Shown here piece after piece: positions 48,003 to 58,782 of a DNA stretch of 64,000 nucleotides (its first letter is position 1; each line of letters starts with the position of its first letter). A program made the position numbers and the translations under genes. The stretch covers positions 21,024 through 85,023 of the forward strand of contig JACAFG010000004.1 of NCBI GenBank assembly GCA_019352195.1, written 5' to 3'. The notes beneath the pieces were generated by a model. It was not told the DNA's origin and made no database searches. It worked only from the letters and a program-made list of their open reading frames with translations. Origin of the DNA: Candidatus Saccharimonadota bacterium. Lineage in GTDB: Bacteria > Patescibacteriota > Saccharimonadia > UBA4664.

Positions 48003-48013
48003 TTGAGCGGTAG

Positions 48014-48514
48014 CTACTTGTTGGACGACTGGTAGTTATTGATAGCCTGCGTAACTTTACCGTCAGTCTTGAGGTTTTCCCAGAATAGTACCTGCGCGCG
48101 AGAGACGTACATCGCGTCTTCTGGGCCGTGGAGCTCACCGCCGAGCTTAGCCAACGATACTTGCTGGTTTGCAGCGCTGGAGCTAGCGCTTGAGCTTGGC
48201 TGAACCGACTGCTGTACTTGCAGGTAGTAGATGTTCGTCAGCTTTACATAGCTTGAGTCAGTGTGGCTGAGTTTACCGAAGTAAACTTGGCCGTTGGTCA
48301 GGAACAGAGCTTGGTATTCTTTACCTTTTACTGCGCTATCAGCAGTGATAGCGGCCAAAGCCCCGGCACCGTAGTTGATGAGAAAGGCTAGTCCCGACAA
48401 AATCAGGATAATTGCGACAACGCGCCAAATTCCATCACTGTTCTTGGTACGAGCTACAACCGTGGCTGGCGTATCTGATACGATAGCTTCATTAATTGGT
48501 CGACGCATGTCCAT
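48014..48514 (-). CDS. Membrane-anchored hypothetical protein.
   Basis: One TM helix, Ser-rich linker, C-terminal domain. Confidence 0.4.
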   Translation of the reverse strand: MDMRRPINEAIVSDTPATVVARTKNSDGIWRVVAIILILSGLAFLINYGAGALAAITADSAVKGKEYQALFLTNGQVYFGKLSHTDSSYVKLTNIYYLQVQQSVQPSSSASSSAANQQVSLAKLGGELHGPEDAMYVSRAQVLFWENLKTDGKVTQAINNYQSSNK

Positions 48515-48713
48515 GTTGTATCTCCACTCCTAAATAATCGTAAACACTTATGGTCACTTTACAGGATACGAACGGCCCCTGCAACTGCTAGCAGCCAATC
48601 ATACGGCTGCCAAGCCATCGGTCTGCAGCAGATAAGCTTATGGCCTAAGAATGCATAGCGTGTGAGCGAAAAACCAGCTATACTAAGCGTAACCGTTACT
48701 TATAGGTGAGAGC

Positions 48714-49541
48714 ATGGTCATTCGGCCAAGTTGGAGGCAATTTGCGCAGGGCATGGGCGCGCTCGCGTTGGCTTTAGTGCTGCCCGGTGTAGCGATGGCG
48801 AGCTTATCCCAGGGATATAACTCCGCTGGCGCCATTGCCACGGGCAGTTTAGTGGCACTCGACCAAAAAGCCGGTACCGTTGTTGCCGCCGACACCACTA
48901 CTGCCGACCAGTTATTTGGCGTGGCGGTAGCACCAGGCTCGGTGTCGCTATCGCTGGGCAATACGGGTAACCAGGTGCAGGTGGTAACTACGGGCAGCGC
49001 CAACGTTTTGGTATCAACCGAAGGCGGCAAAATTGCCGTTGGCGACGTCATCACGGTCTCGAGCATTTCCGGGGTTGGTCAGAAGTCGCCCAGCGGAAAG
49101 CACCGCATCATTGGTACGGCTCAGGCCGATTTTGACGGTACGGGTGCCGACAGCACCAAAGCTACCATCAAAGATTCATCCGGTGCCTCCAAAGAAGTTT
49201 CGATTGGCCAGATTCCGGTGGTTATTGCCGTGGCCGATTACACCACTAACGCGGGTGGCCAAGATTACCAGTTGCCCAGCTGGCTGCAAAATTTTTCCAA
49301 CCAGGTAGCCGGTAAAACAGTGGCGCCAATTCGAATCGTAGTGGCTGGTTTGATCCTATTAGTAACCCTCGTAAGCGTAACCGTCTTGCTTTACGCGGCT
49401 GTCCGCAATAGCATCATATCTATTGGCCGTAATCCGCTGTCCCGCTCATCGGTTCTACGTGGATTATTGGTGGTAATAACTATCGTGCTCGGACTACTAG
49501 CCGTAGCTACGGGGGCGATGTACTTGGTGATTGCGAGGTGA
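48714..49541 (+). CDS. Secreted Gly/Ser/Thr/Val-rich beta protein ending in a two-helix TM hairpin with an RNP loop (F0 c-subunit-like but without the acidic residue).
   Basis: Signal peptide ... AMA; C-terminal IVVAGLILLVTLVSVTVLLYAAVRNSIISIGRNPLSRSSVLRGLLVVITIVLGLLAVATGAMYLVIA; ATGA overlap with atpF. Confidence 0.5.
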   Translation: MVIRPSWRQFAQGMGALALALVLPGVAMASLSQGYNSAGAIATGSLVALDQKAGTVVAADTTTADQLFGVAVAPGSVSLSLGNTGNQVQVVTTGSANVLVSTEGGKIAVGDVITVSSISGVGQKSPSGKHRIIGTAQADFDGTGADSTKATIKDSSGASKEVSIGQIPVVIAVADYTTNAGGQDYQLPSWLQNFSNQVAGKTVAPIRIVVAGLILLVTLVSVTVLLYAAVRNSIISIGRNPLSRSSVLRGLLVVITIVLGLLAVATGAMYLVIAR

Positions 49542-50134
49542 GTATGGAATTGTATATTTTGGGTGGTTTAGTGGTGGCCCTGGCCATCGGGCTGGTAATC
49601 CAGCAGATTAGAATTGAGCGCACCAACCGCAAGCTGGCAGAGCTGGCCACGAAGCCAAAGCCAGTAGTAGTCTCTGAGCCAACCGCGCTCGAGCTTGAAA
49701 ACAAGCTTAAGGCTGCTTATGAAGCCAAAATTGGCGAAGCTACTCAAGCGTTTGCAACCGACCTAACCTCCACCTCGGCCAAACTCAGCGAGCTCGTTTC
49801 TCGGCTTACCACCGACGTGATCGAAAAAGAACTTGATGCCTACCACAAAACCCTCGACGGTGTGCGTGCTACCGCCAATGAAGCGATGGAGAAAATCCGA
49901 GCTGCCGTAGACGAGCAGCGCGTCGAACTACGCAAAGGCATGGAGGCCGATGTAGCCGCCGAGCAAAACCGACTTATCGAGCGTTTCGACACCAAAATGG
50001 GCGATGTTGTTTCAAGTTATATCGCCGAATCGCTCGGCGGTGGAGTCGATTTGGGCGCACAAATGCAGTATGTAATTAGCTCGCTCGAGGCGCACAAAGA
50101 AGAAATCAAGAAGGACTTGTACAATGGCGTCTGA
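49538..50134 (+). CDS. atpF: F0F1 ATP synthase subunit b.
   Basis: Single N-terminal TM helix followed by a long charged helical region; position before delta/alpha. Confidence 0.6.
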   Translation: MSMELYILGGLVVALAIGLVIQQIRIERTNRKLAELATKPKPVVVSEPTALELENKLKAAYEAKIGEATQAFATDLTSTSAKLSELVSRLTTDVIEKELDAYHKTLDGVRATANEAMEKIRAAVDEQRVELRKGMEADVAAEQNRLIERFDTKMGDVVSSYIAESLGGGVDLGAQMQYVISSLEAHKEEIKKDLYNGV

Positions 50135-50621
50135 AACTCCCCAAAGCGCCTTTGTGCTGCCACCGGCCGTATACAGCCCCGAGCTTCTCGACTCGGTGAG
50201 TTACGAAATTGAGCAGTATCTGAGCTGGTACCGCGAAAACCGAATCCACACGACCGTGGGCGCCACCGCCATCACCGAACCAGATCACTCCACCGAAACA
50301 GCTCAGGTTATTCAGTCCTGGACGACAGGTCAGCCACTCACGCTATCGTCGCTACAGTCCTTACTCAAGTATTTACGCGAACTCAAATTGCCCGTGGCAC
50401 ACGTTACCTTGGCGGCGCTACCTAACCACACGCAGCGACAGCAATTAGTCGACTGGTTCCGCGGCATCGCAGGGCCACATGTGCTTATCTCATTTGTTGG
50501 CGACCGCAATTTGGGCGGCGGCGTACTCGTACGTACCCCCAGCCGTGTCTTTGACTATTCATGGAAGCAAAAGCTAATCGAAGGCCGGTCGAAGTTAGCC
50601 GAGGTGGTGCATCGTGTTTGA
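50124..50621 (+). CDS. atpH: F0F1 ATP synthase subunit delta (OSCP).
   Basis: Size and position between b and alpha; overlaps both neighbours. Confidence 0.55.
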   Translation: MASETPQSAFVLPPAVYSPELLDSVSYEIEQYLSWYRENRIHTTVGATAITEPDHSTETAQVIQSWTTGQPLTLSSLQSLLKYLRELKLPVAHVTLAALPNHTQRQQLVDWFRGIAGPHVLISFVGDRNLGGGVLVRTPSRVFDYSWKQKLIEGRSKLAEVVHRV

Positions 50622-52122
50622 TAATCCAATTTTTGCCAAACTCGTGGCCGAAGGTCGTCCGTCGGGCGAAGTTATTGGTGTCGATCGCTTCCTGGTGACC
50701 ATCAATGGCATGGGCGAAATTGGCGTAAATGCACTCGTGTACTTCAGTAACGGGCACACGGGCCTTGTCCGTGAAGTCCGTGAAGACGTGGTGATGGTGC
50801 TCAACATTACCCAAGAGTCGATTCCGCTGGGCACGCTGGCGGTCATTCAGGCCGATGAAATTGTGACTGGTGTGGGCGACAAGCTGATGGGGCGCGTCAT
50901 CACCGTGCTTGGTCAGCCGCTCGACGGCAAAGGCCCGCTCACCTATGAGAAAACCCGGCCCGTCTTTACCACTGCCCCCGGTATCATTGAACGCCAAGCC
51001 GTGAGTGATGCGCTCACTACCGGAGTCAGTATTACCGACCAATTATTTCCGCTCGTAAAGGGACAACGTATTGCCGTCCTCGGCGATAACAAGGTGGGTA
51101 AAACTGCCTTTACGACCCAACTTACCCTCGCGCAAAAAGGTTTCGACCGGTTTGTTATCCATGTTCTGATTAGTAAACGAAAAAGTGACGTCGACCACCT
51201 CATTAATAAGCTCACGGCAGAAGGCGCCCTAGATTACTGCGTTATCGTGGTTGCTTCGGTGTTCGACTCGCTCACACAAAGCTATCTGGCACCCTATATT
51301 GGGGCAGCTATCGCCGAAGAATTTTGGCATGGCGGCAAAGATGGCATCATTGTTTATGACGACCTCACTAACCACGCCAAGGTCTACCGTGAAATTTCTT
51401 TGCTGCTCAAGGTAACTCCGGGCCGTGCCAGTTATCCGGGCGACATGTTTTATGCCCATTCATCGCTGCTCGAGCGGGCCGGCCGTTTGGCTAGCAATGG
51501 CGCTACGCTTGGTGCTATTCCAGTGGTGCTGACGCCGAACAATGATATTACCGCCAAACTTTCAACTGACATCATGTCTATTACCGATGGCCAACTCATT
51601 TTGGACTCTGAAGTTTTTCGCCAAGGCATTCGCCCAGCTATCAACGTTGGTTTATCGGTATCGCGCGTTGGTGGTGTCGGTCAAAATAAGCGGCAAAAGG
51701 CCCTCACCGGCGCCTTATTCAAAAAACTTGCAGCCTATCGTCAGGCCGACGAATTTTCGCACTTCGGGTCGGAGCTTGCGATCGAATCTAAGTACGATCT
51801 CGAACTGGGCAAGAAAATCTACGAGGCTCTCAAGCAGCCCCCGGATGTCATCTATGTAGCCAACGTTCAGGACCTCATTATGGGTGTGGTTATGAAAACC
51901 GAAGGTAAAATTAGTATTAATATCGACCAACTCAAGCGTCGGGCCCTCGAAATTGCGCCCCCGCTCACTGACGAGAGCGATTGGGAAGGTACGATTGGCA
52001 GTTTATTAGCCGAAGTTACCGTGCAAGCACCAACGCCGCCACCTCCTCCCGGACCCGGGAGACAACCCGCACCTGCGCCCAATGCTGCTACGGCCGCCCC
52101 AGCCGCCAAGGACGCTAAGTAA
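50614..52122 (+). CDS. atpA: F0F1 ATP synthase subunit alpha.
   Basis: Walker A GDNKVGKTAF; alpha-type regions PGRASYPGDMFYAHSSLLERA. Confidence 0.9.
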   Translation: MFDNPIFAKLVAEGRPSGEVIGVDRFLVTINGMGEIGVNALVYFSNGHTGLVREVREDVVMVLNITQESIPLGTLAVIQADEIVTGVGDKLMGRVITVLGQPLDGKGPLTYEKTRPVFTTAPGIIERQAVSDALTTGVSITDQLFPLVKGQRIAVLGDNKVGKTAFTTQLTLAQKGFDRFVIHVLISKRKSDVDHLINKLTAEGALDYCVIVVASVFDSLTQSYLAPYIGAAIAEEFWHGGKDGIIVYDDLTNHAKVYREISLLLKVTPGRASYPGDMFYAHSSLLERAGRLASNGATLGAIPVVLTPNNDITAKLSTDIMSITDGQLILDSEVFRQGIRPAINVGLSVSRVGGVGQNKRQKALTGALFKKLAAYRQADEFSHFGSELAIESKYDLELGKKIYEALKQPPDVIYVANVQDLIMGVVMKTEGKISINIDQLKRRALEIAPPLTDESDWEGTIGSLLAEVTVQAPTPPPPPGPGRQPAPAPNAATAAPAAKDAK

Positions 52123-52976
52123 TGCCACGACAAGCCAACTCGATTAAGCGCGAAGCCGGGCAAGTTGGAACAATCTCCGAGCTCACGGGTATCTTCGAGA
52201 GCATCGCCTCGATGCGCATTGGAAAAATTAAAGACAAAGTTACCAGCTCCCAGGCATTCTTTGACGAGCTATGGCAAATTTATACTCAGCTGAGAGTCGA
52301 CCCTGGCAGTCGGCTCAAAGGTACGAATGGCCCCAAACGTGATAAACCGAACGTTTTTTTGGTGCTCACCAGTGAAGCGGGTCTCAGTGGCGATATCGAT
52401 TCACGCATTGTCCGCACCGTCCTCGAAAATCTCGATCCGGCGACCACGGACCTTATTGTTATTGGCGCTCACGGGGCCACCCAATTTGTCCAAAATAAAA
52501 CCAAAATACGGCGCTATTTCCGACTACCGGATGTCGACCAAGCCATCGACGTCTCTCCCATCGTTGATGAGCTTTTGGGCTACACCAAACCAACTGTTTG
52601 GTTTCAGCGCTATATTTCGTTATCCAATCAAGAAGTCGGACGCATCGACCTTTTGGGTCGCGTCCGGGAGCTCGGGACTGACTCGGGCAAAGGGGATGAT
52701 GTCATTAGTCCGCGCGAATATTTGTTTGAGCCCAACGTTGATGAAGTCGTAAAATACCTTGAAAGCGTCATGATTGAAATTGCGCTGACGCAGGTTATTC
52801 TCGAAAGTCGTTTAGCCCAATACGCTTCACGCTTTACTGCGATGAGCGCCGCTGAAAAACGCGCCAAACAAATGCAACTGGCACTCGTTATGGGCTACAA
52901 CCGGGCCAAGCGCGGTGAAGCCGACGACCGCATTAAAGAAATTATTAACGCCATGAACTCACTCAACGCGCATTAG
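52122..52976 (+). CDS. atpG: F0F1 ATP synthase subunit gamma.
   Basis: N-terminal IKREAGQVGTISELTGIFESIASMRI and C-terminal helix typical of gamma. Confidence 0.85.
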   Translation: MPRQANSIKREAGQVGTISELTGIFESIASMRIGKIKDKVTSSQAFFDELWQIYTQLRVDPGSRLKGTNGPKRDKPNVFLVLTSEAGLSGDIDSRIVRTVLENLDPATTDLIVIGAHGATQFVQNKTKIRRYFRLPDVDQAIDVSPIVDELLGYTKPTVWFQRYISLSNQEVGRIDLLGRVRELGTDSGKGDDVISPREYLFEPNVDEVVKYLESVMIEIALTQVILESRLAQYASRFTAMSAAEKRAKQMQLALVMGYNRAKRGEADDRIKEIINAMNSLNAH

Positions 52977-53053
52977 TCGGCGTTTTTTGTGCTGGTACCA
53001 CCGTCAATACAGCAATCGCGGATCAGCTATTAGCTACGTGCTAAAGTTAGATT

Positions 53054-53605
53054 ATGAAAATTCTGGTTGGATCCCAAAGCACACTTAAGATCGAGACAGT
53101 TCGAAAAGTCGTCGCGGCCCTAAGTTCGGACGCCGAGATTTTTGGTCTGGCGGCCGAATCAAACGTGCCGACCACACCCTGGGACGACCAAACTCACGAC
53201 GGGGCTCGCAACCGCGCGAAATTCTGCCGGCAAACTGATGCCACGGCCGACTTGTGCGTTGGTTTAGAATCCGGCCTCGTTATCCGCTACGGCAATGCTT
53301 ACGAAGAGGCATGGGCCTGCGCCATCGATACCAAAGGACGTGAATACCTTGGTTATTCTAGCGGCCTGCGCCTCCCGCAGTCTGTGGTAGAAGCTATGAA
53401 CCAAACTGGCCGCGACCACGGCGAAGTAATGCGCATTCTACGCCAAGACCGTGGCCGTCCGGGTGACGCCAAAGACACTTGGGGCGACTACACCGGCGGC
53501 CAACTCATGCGCGACGTCAGCCTTGAGGAAGCCCTTCGTAATGCTCTTATCCAGGCTACCGCACCAATGCACAGTATGTACCATGACGAACCAGCCACGA
53601 CCTAA
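53054..53605 (+). CDS. Inosine/xanthosine triphosphatase-like NTPase (YjjX/DUF84 family) inserted between atpG and atpD.
   Basis: Similarity to YjjX: KILVGSQSTLK ... GARNRA ... TGGQLMRDVSLEEALRNALIQATAP. Confidence 0.6.
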   Translation: MKILVGSQSTLKIETVRKVVAALSSDAEIFGLAAESNVPTTPWDDQTHDGARNRAKFCRQTDATADLCVGLESGLVIRYGNAYEEAWACAIDTKGREYLGYSSGLRLPQSVVEAMNQTGRDHGEVMRILRQDRGRPGDAKDTWGDYTGGQLMRDVSLEEALRNALIQATAPMHSMYHDEPATT

Positions 53606-53636
53606 CGGCCGCCGAGTCACAACGGTGTCAAAGTAG

Positions 53637-54961
<1,325 letters not shown>

Positions 54962-54962
<1 letters not shown>

Positions 54963-55267
54963 TGGCACTATCATCGGGCGGAACATATCAGGCGGCCCAA
55001 GTTGCGGCCAATCCCAAAGAACAGAAACGCTTTCGAGTAAAGATTTTTTCGCCGTATCAAACTTACTATGAAGGTGAAGCAGTTTCGTTAACGGCTACCA
55101 ACGCCACGGGCCCGTTTGATATTTTACCTGGGCATATTAATTTTTTCTCGCTCCTTACCGATGGTCTGGTAGTGCTTAATACGGGCTTTCAGCGCTTAGA
55201 GTTTCCTATTGCCCGCGGCGTCTTGCGCGTCACTCAAGATAAGCTCACCTTGTTTGCCGATGTTTAG
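54962..55267 (+). CDS. atpC: F0F1 ATP synthase subunit epsilon.
   Basis: Roughly 100-aa beta-sandwich-like protein immediately after beta; ATG overlaps the atpD stop. Confidence 0.7.
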
Positions 55268-55326
55268 CGCATTGCACCAGTTTTTGATATCACCTAATAT
55301 AAGCACAAGTAGTTTAAGGGGCAACG

Positions 55327-55536
55327 GTGGACATTAAGCCAACCAAAGCATTATTAGCCAAAGAAATTGACCGCCGCCAATTTTTAGGCTTGCTCGGTGC
55401 AGGTGCCTTAGTGGTTACCGGTATTTCGGGTATCCTTGGAGGCATCTCTAAGCTTGGCGGCAACGCTTCAAGCCCTGGTACCTACGGCAAGAGATCGTAC
55501 GGCAGCAGCTCAGAAGTGAACAAGCGCCGTCTCTAA
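55327..55536 (+). CDS. 69-aa ORF consisting almost entirely of a twin-arginine signal peptide plus a short Gly/Ser-rich basic tail (GTG start).
   Basis: DRRQFLGLLGAGALVV Tat motif; an AAGGGG SD 6 nt upstream; it lies immediately upstream of tatA/tatC. Confidence 0.45.
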   Translation: MDIKPTKALLAKEIDRRQFLGLLGAGALVVTGISGILGGISKLGGNASSPGTYGKRSYGSSSEVNKRRL

Positions 55537-55819
55537 GGCTAGCGTGCGACGCGGCGTTGATGTTGCCATTGCCATACAGCCCAGCCGCCACCGATAGAAA
55601 CCTTCGCGGACCCCAAGATGACAGCCCAACCTGCACCAGTGTTGGGCAAGGTTACGCCCGCAATTGAAACCAGCGTGCCATTGTACGAGCTGGTAGCGCA
55701 GGTACTGCTACCATAGGCACTCGCCAGGTATGAATTCCAGAGTAGCTGAAACATCGCTAAACTTGTAATTACTTATGCTTATGATAGCATGAAACCATAA
55801 CCGTGAAAGGGAGTGCGTA

Positions 55820-56002
55820 ATGTTTGGCAAGGTTGAGGAGCTCGTCGTAGTTCTGATTATCGTTCTCGTCCTGTTTGGTGCCAAAAAATTGCCAGAATTG
55901 AGCAAGGGTATTGCCGATAGCGTCCGCGAAGTCCGTAAGGGTTTCCGCGATGATACGACCGTCAAGAAGTCCGAGCCCGCTACTCAAGACAAGGCAGCCT
56001 AA
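55820..56002 (+). CDS. tatA: Twin-arginine translocase subunit TatA.
   Basis: N-terminal TM helix plus amphipathic helix (FGAKKLPEL). Confidence 0.85.
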   Translation: MFGKVEELVVVLIIVLVLFGAKKLPELSKGIADSVREVRKGFRDDTTVKKSEPATQDKAA

Positions 56003-56019
56003 TACAAGGACCGACCCGT

Positions 56020-56862
56020 ATGAACCAACCGTTCATCGGTCACGTCCACGAACTGAGGCGTCGGCTGTCCTGGTCGGCGCTCCTGGTGTTTGCTGTTGCC
56101 GTGGCTGCCTATTTTTGGCGCGAACCCATACTGCGCTGGTTGTCAGCGCCCTTAGGTCAAACGCTCTATTACGACCGGGTAACCGGTGCTTTTGAGTTTG
56201 TCATGCAAGCCTGCCTCTTGGCGGGAGTCTTGGCTGCCACACCCCTGATCATCTACCACCTCATTGCCTTTATTCGTCCCGCACTGCCACGCCCGCTATC
56301 AAATAAGGCCATTATCAGCACCATCATCTTGGCCACCCTCTTAATTGGGGCGGGGGTGCTTTTTGGCTACTATGTGTCTTTACCGGCGGCGCTCACATTT
56401 CTGAGCCACATTGACACCACCAACTTACATCCCCTCATTGCTGCCAATTCTTATCTCACCTTTGTAATGGCATTTTTAGCTATCTTTGGTCTGGTTTTCC
56501 TTTTACCTCTGCTCATAATCTTGTCCGATAACATCCGCCCCATTCCGCCATCCGCCCTCATAAAGGCACGTAAATGGGTCATCATCGGAGCCTTTGCCGC
56601 CGCTCTTATTTTGCCAATTGCGCCCGACCCAGTGTCTCAGGTGATGCTAGCCATGCCCATTATCATCATGTATGAAATTTCGATTTGGCTCATCAAATAC
56701 AAAGCCTGGCGCCGCCGCGGCGCTATCGCTACTCCAGTGGTGGCGCTGCCTTTGCCTGAGGCCGCCGCTCAGCATGTTGGTCCGCCCGCAAGCGTATCTC
56801 GGCCGCCCAGGGCGCGACACGCGCCCATGCGTCCTCAAGTAATCGATTTGCGCAGCCGTTAA
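56020..56862 (+). CDS. tatC: Twin-arginine translocase subunit TatC.
   Basis: HVHELRRRL N-terminal TatC signature; 6 TM helices. Confidence 0.85.
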   Translation: MNQPFIGHVHELRRRLSWSALLVFAVAVAAYFWREPILRWLSAPLGQTLYYDRVTGAFEFVMQACLLAGVLAATPLIIYHLIAFIRPALPRPLSNKAIISTIILATLLIGAGVLFGYYVSLPAALTFLSHIDTTNLHPLIAANSYLTFVMAFLAIFGLVFLLPLLIILSDNIRPIPPSALIKARKWVIIGAFAAALILPIAPDPVSQVMLAMPIIIMYEISIWLIKYKAWRRRGAIATPVVALPLPEAAAQHVGPPASVSRPPRARHAPMRPQVIDLRSR

Positions 56863-56873
56863 TTGCAAATGCT

Positions 56874-56902
56874 AAGGGCGCCCCGCGTAACGGGGCGCCC
56901 TT
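56874..56902. terminator. GC-rich perfect hairpin AAGGGCGCCCCG-CGTAA-CGGGGCGCCCTT between convergent genes.
   Basis: Read directly from the sequence. Confidence 0.55.
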
Positions 56903-56912
56903 GAGGCAGTGA

Positions 56913-57608
56913 TCATGAGCGGCCAGGACACGTGCAGTCGAAGTCGAAATCACCGATGAAGTGATGAGGTTTGGCTTCGTGCACATGACAGTCGAAGGCC
57001 CGCAGGCCGTTCTCGTAGTCTTCGCACTGACAATCTTGCGGGTAGGGAATGGAGGTGACCTGCTCGGCGATTGCGTCGACTACGTTATCAACGAGCAGCG
57101 CCCGCCTCCGCTCTCGCTCCAGCTTGATAGCAGCTTTTTGCACCCACCGCAGCAATTGATCCAGATCGTCCGTGGTGTAGATGAGGCGGGTACCCGAGGC
57201 ACCTTCTGATCGAGTGTAGCCCGACCGGTACACTTCAAATGCCTTCGCGAGCGGATCCCAATCAAGTTTGAGGCCGTAAATCGCCGGGCGCCCGTTATAG
57301 CCTTCCAGGTGACTCTCAAGCATTGGCCGAAACTCGTCCAAGGCCACACCGATGTTTTTGGTCACTCGGTCACGGTCGAGTCCGGCAGACAAAATCAGCT
57401 TGCCGGCTTGCCGGCGGAACAATTCCACGTCGACGGCCGCCAAAATGAGCTGACCGTCGCGACGGAGTGTCCAGCACTTCTCGGTGTGGTCGTAGGCAAG
57501 GTCAAATTCATCGACACATGATGGTGCGAGCGCGGTGGTCATAGCCAGCCTCCAGATCGTAGGGATACGCTTGGGCGCAATTGTGGCATAACGGGCGCCT
57601 GCTGTCAC
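56913..57608 (-). CDS. Hypothetical GC-rich protein with a Cys/His-rich C-terminus.
   Basis: C-terminal DCQCEDYENGLRAFDCHVHEAKPHHFIGDFDFDCTCPG. Confidence 0.4.
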   Translation of the reverse strand: MTAGARYATIAPKRIPTIWRLAMTTALAPSCVDEFDLAYDHTEKCWTLRRDGQLILAAVDVELFRRQAGKLILSAGLDRDRVTKNIGVALDEFRPMLESHLEGYNGRPAIYGLKLDWDPLAKAFEVYRSGYTRSEGASGTRLIYTTDDLDQLLRWVQKAAIKLERERRRALLVDNVVDAIAEQVTSIPYPQDCQCEDYENGLRAFDCHVHEAKPHHFIGDFDFDCTCPGRS

Positions 57609-57835
57609 TGGGTTGAGCTAACCTGATAAATAGGCTAGCCGTCCAAGTCTTCAATTAATCAGTAGTGCGTAGACTTCTCGATATAACAATCTCAATGACA
57701 CCAAATTTCACCAAATTAAGCTCAGCTAGCTCATGATGATGTCTGCCAGAGACAGAAATTTTTGCGTTATCTGTTGACATTGCTCTGAGCATAAGCATAA
57801 TGACAGATAAGGTAATCTAAAGGGTTCAATTTTAT

Positions 57836-58042
57836 ATGGCTTTTCAGCACACCAACTCAAAAGGTCAGATCTATAACCTGCACATGAAGGATGTCACGCT
57901 CAAGGGCGGACGCCTCCAGCGCATCTACTTCTTTGCCCGCGACGTTCGCGAAGGCGCCGTCGACGTGTTGCCGGCTGGCTACATGGTAGTAGAAAACGCT
58001 AAGACGGGCTTGCCTGTGCTTAAAAAGGCCACACAGGCTTAG
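57836..58042 (+). CDS. Small hypothetical protein (68 aa) with its own promoter and terminator.
   Basis: TTGACA-N18-TAATGA upstream; the terminator at 58064-58085 is downstream. Confidence 0.45.
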   Translation: MAFQHTNSKGQIYNLHMKDVTLKGGRLQRIYFFARDVREGAVDVLPAGYMVVENAKTGLPVLKKATQA

Positions 58043-58063
58043 AGCGCACGAGCGTAAATCAAC

Positions 58064-58085
58064 AACCGCCTTCGGGCGGTTTTTG
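58064..58085 (+). terminator. Rho-independent terminator aaccgcc-ttcg-ggcggtt-tttt.
   Basis: Read directly from the sequence. Confidence 0.75.
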
Positions 58086-58189
58086 ATTATTCAGGGGCTT
58101 TTAAGAATTATGGCGTATGCTAAATGCATAACGCTAAAACATGCGCCGTACCCGCCCGCCGTCCACGTCCTTACTCCCAAGGAGCAGCT

Positions 58190-58675
58190 ATGACCTCCGC
58201 CAATGTGCTCAACCAGCGCCGCCCTGCAATCGATTCAAGACCGCCAAGCATCGAAGAGCTACTCGACTTGGCCGCCCTGAGAACAGGTGACAAAGCCTCA
58301 GAACGCGGTGTGGCCGCCGTCACCGCCCTCGATCTTGGCTTTGACACGGCCGGCCAAGCCCGCGCCGCCTGGTGGCCTCTCGTAAGCCTCGTGTATGTGG
58401 CCGTGATTTTTCACGAGCCGCTACCGCTCGCCTCAACGATCACGCCCGTTGAGGCCGCGACCGAGCTGGGGTATCTCTCACCGATCAAAGCCAGGCAGTC
58501 GTATCTGAGCCGTCTGAGGGTTCGGCTCGCGCAGCGCCCCACCATGGATGTCGCCGCCCTCGTTGTTACCGACGACCCCAGATTGTTCGGACTGGCCCGT
58601 GCTGCCGGCCTGGTTTCTGGCTACAAGTACCTGCCTGAGGCACGCGCGAGCCTGGTTCGCCGTCAGATCGCGTGA
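58190..58675 (+). CDS. Hypothetical GC-rich protein (probable start MTSANVLNQRR; the listed ORF starts at 58124).
   Basis: An AAGGAG SD precedes the 58190 ATG. Confidence 0.4.
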   Translation: MTSANVLNQRRPAIDSRPPSIEELLDLAALRTGDKASERGVAAVTALDLGFDTAGQARAAWWPLVSLVYVAVIFHEPLPLASTITPVEAATELGYLSPIKARQSYLSRLRVRLAQRPTMDVAALVVTDDPRLFGLARAAGLVSGYKYLPEARASLVRRQIA

Positions 58676-58690
58676 ATCAACGCTCGCAAG

Positions 58691-58735
58691 GTCCACTGGT
58701 TTGGCTACACGCCGAACCAGTGGACTTTCATTTTT
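58691..58735 (+). terminator. Hairpin gtccactggtt-N13-aaccagtggac followed by tttcattttt.
   Basis: Read directly from the sequence. Confidence 0.6.
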
Positions 58736-58782
58736 GAAGCCAATTTGAAGTCGGACGTAACTCGTTGTAAGCTGACAACTAC

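Noticed and set aside
49297-49541. Calling the C-terminus of 48714-49541 an ATP synthase c subunit (atpE).
   Set aside because: The hairpin has the R-N-P loop but lacks the conserved Gly-rich helix 1 and the essential Asp/Glu in helix 2. It is reported only as a c-like hairpin, not as atpE.
55539-55754. 71-aa minus-strand ORF (Gly/Trp-rich) between the Tat mini-ORF and tatA.
   Set aside because: It has no RBS or start context and its composition looks like an out-of-frame reading. It is left unannotated.
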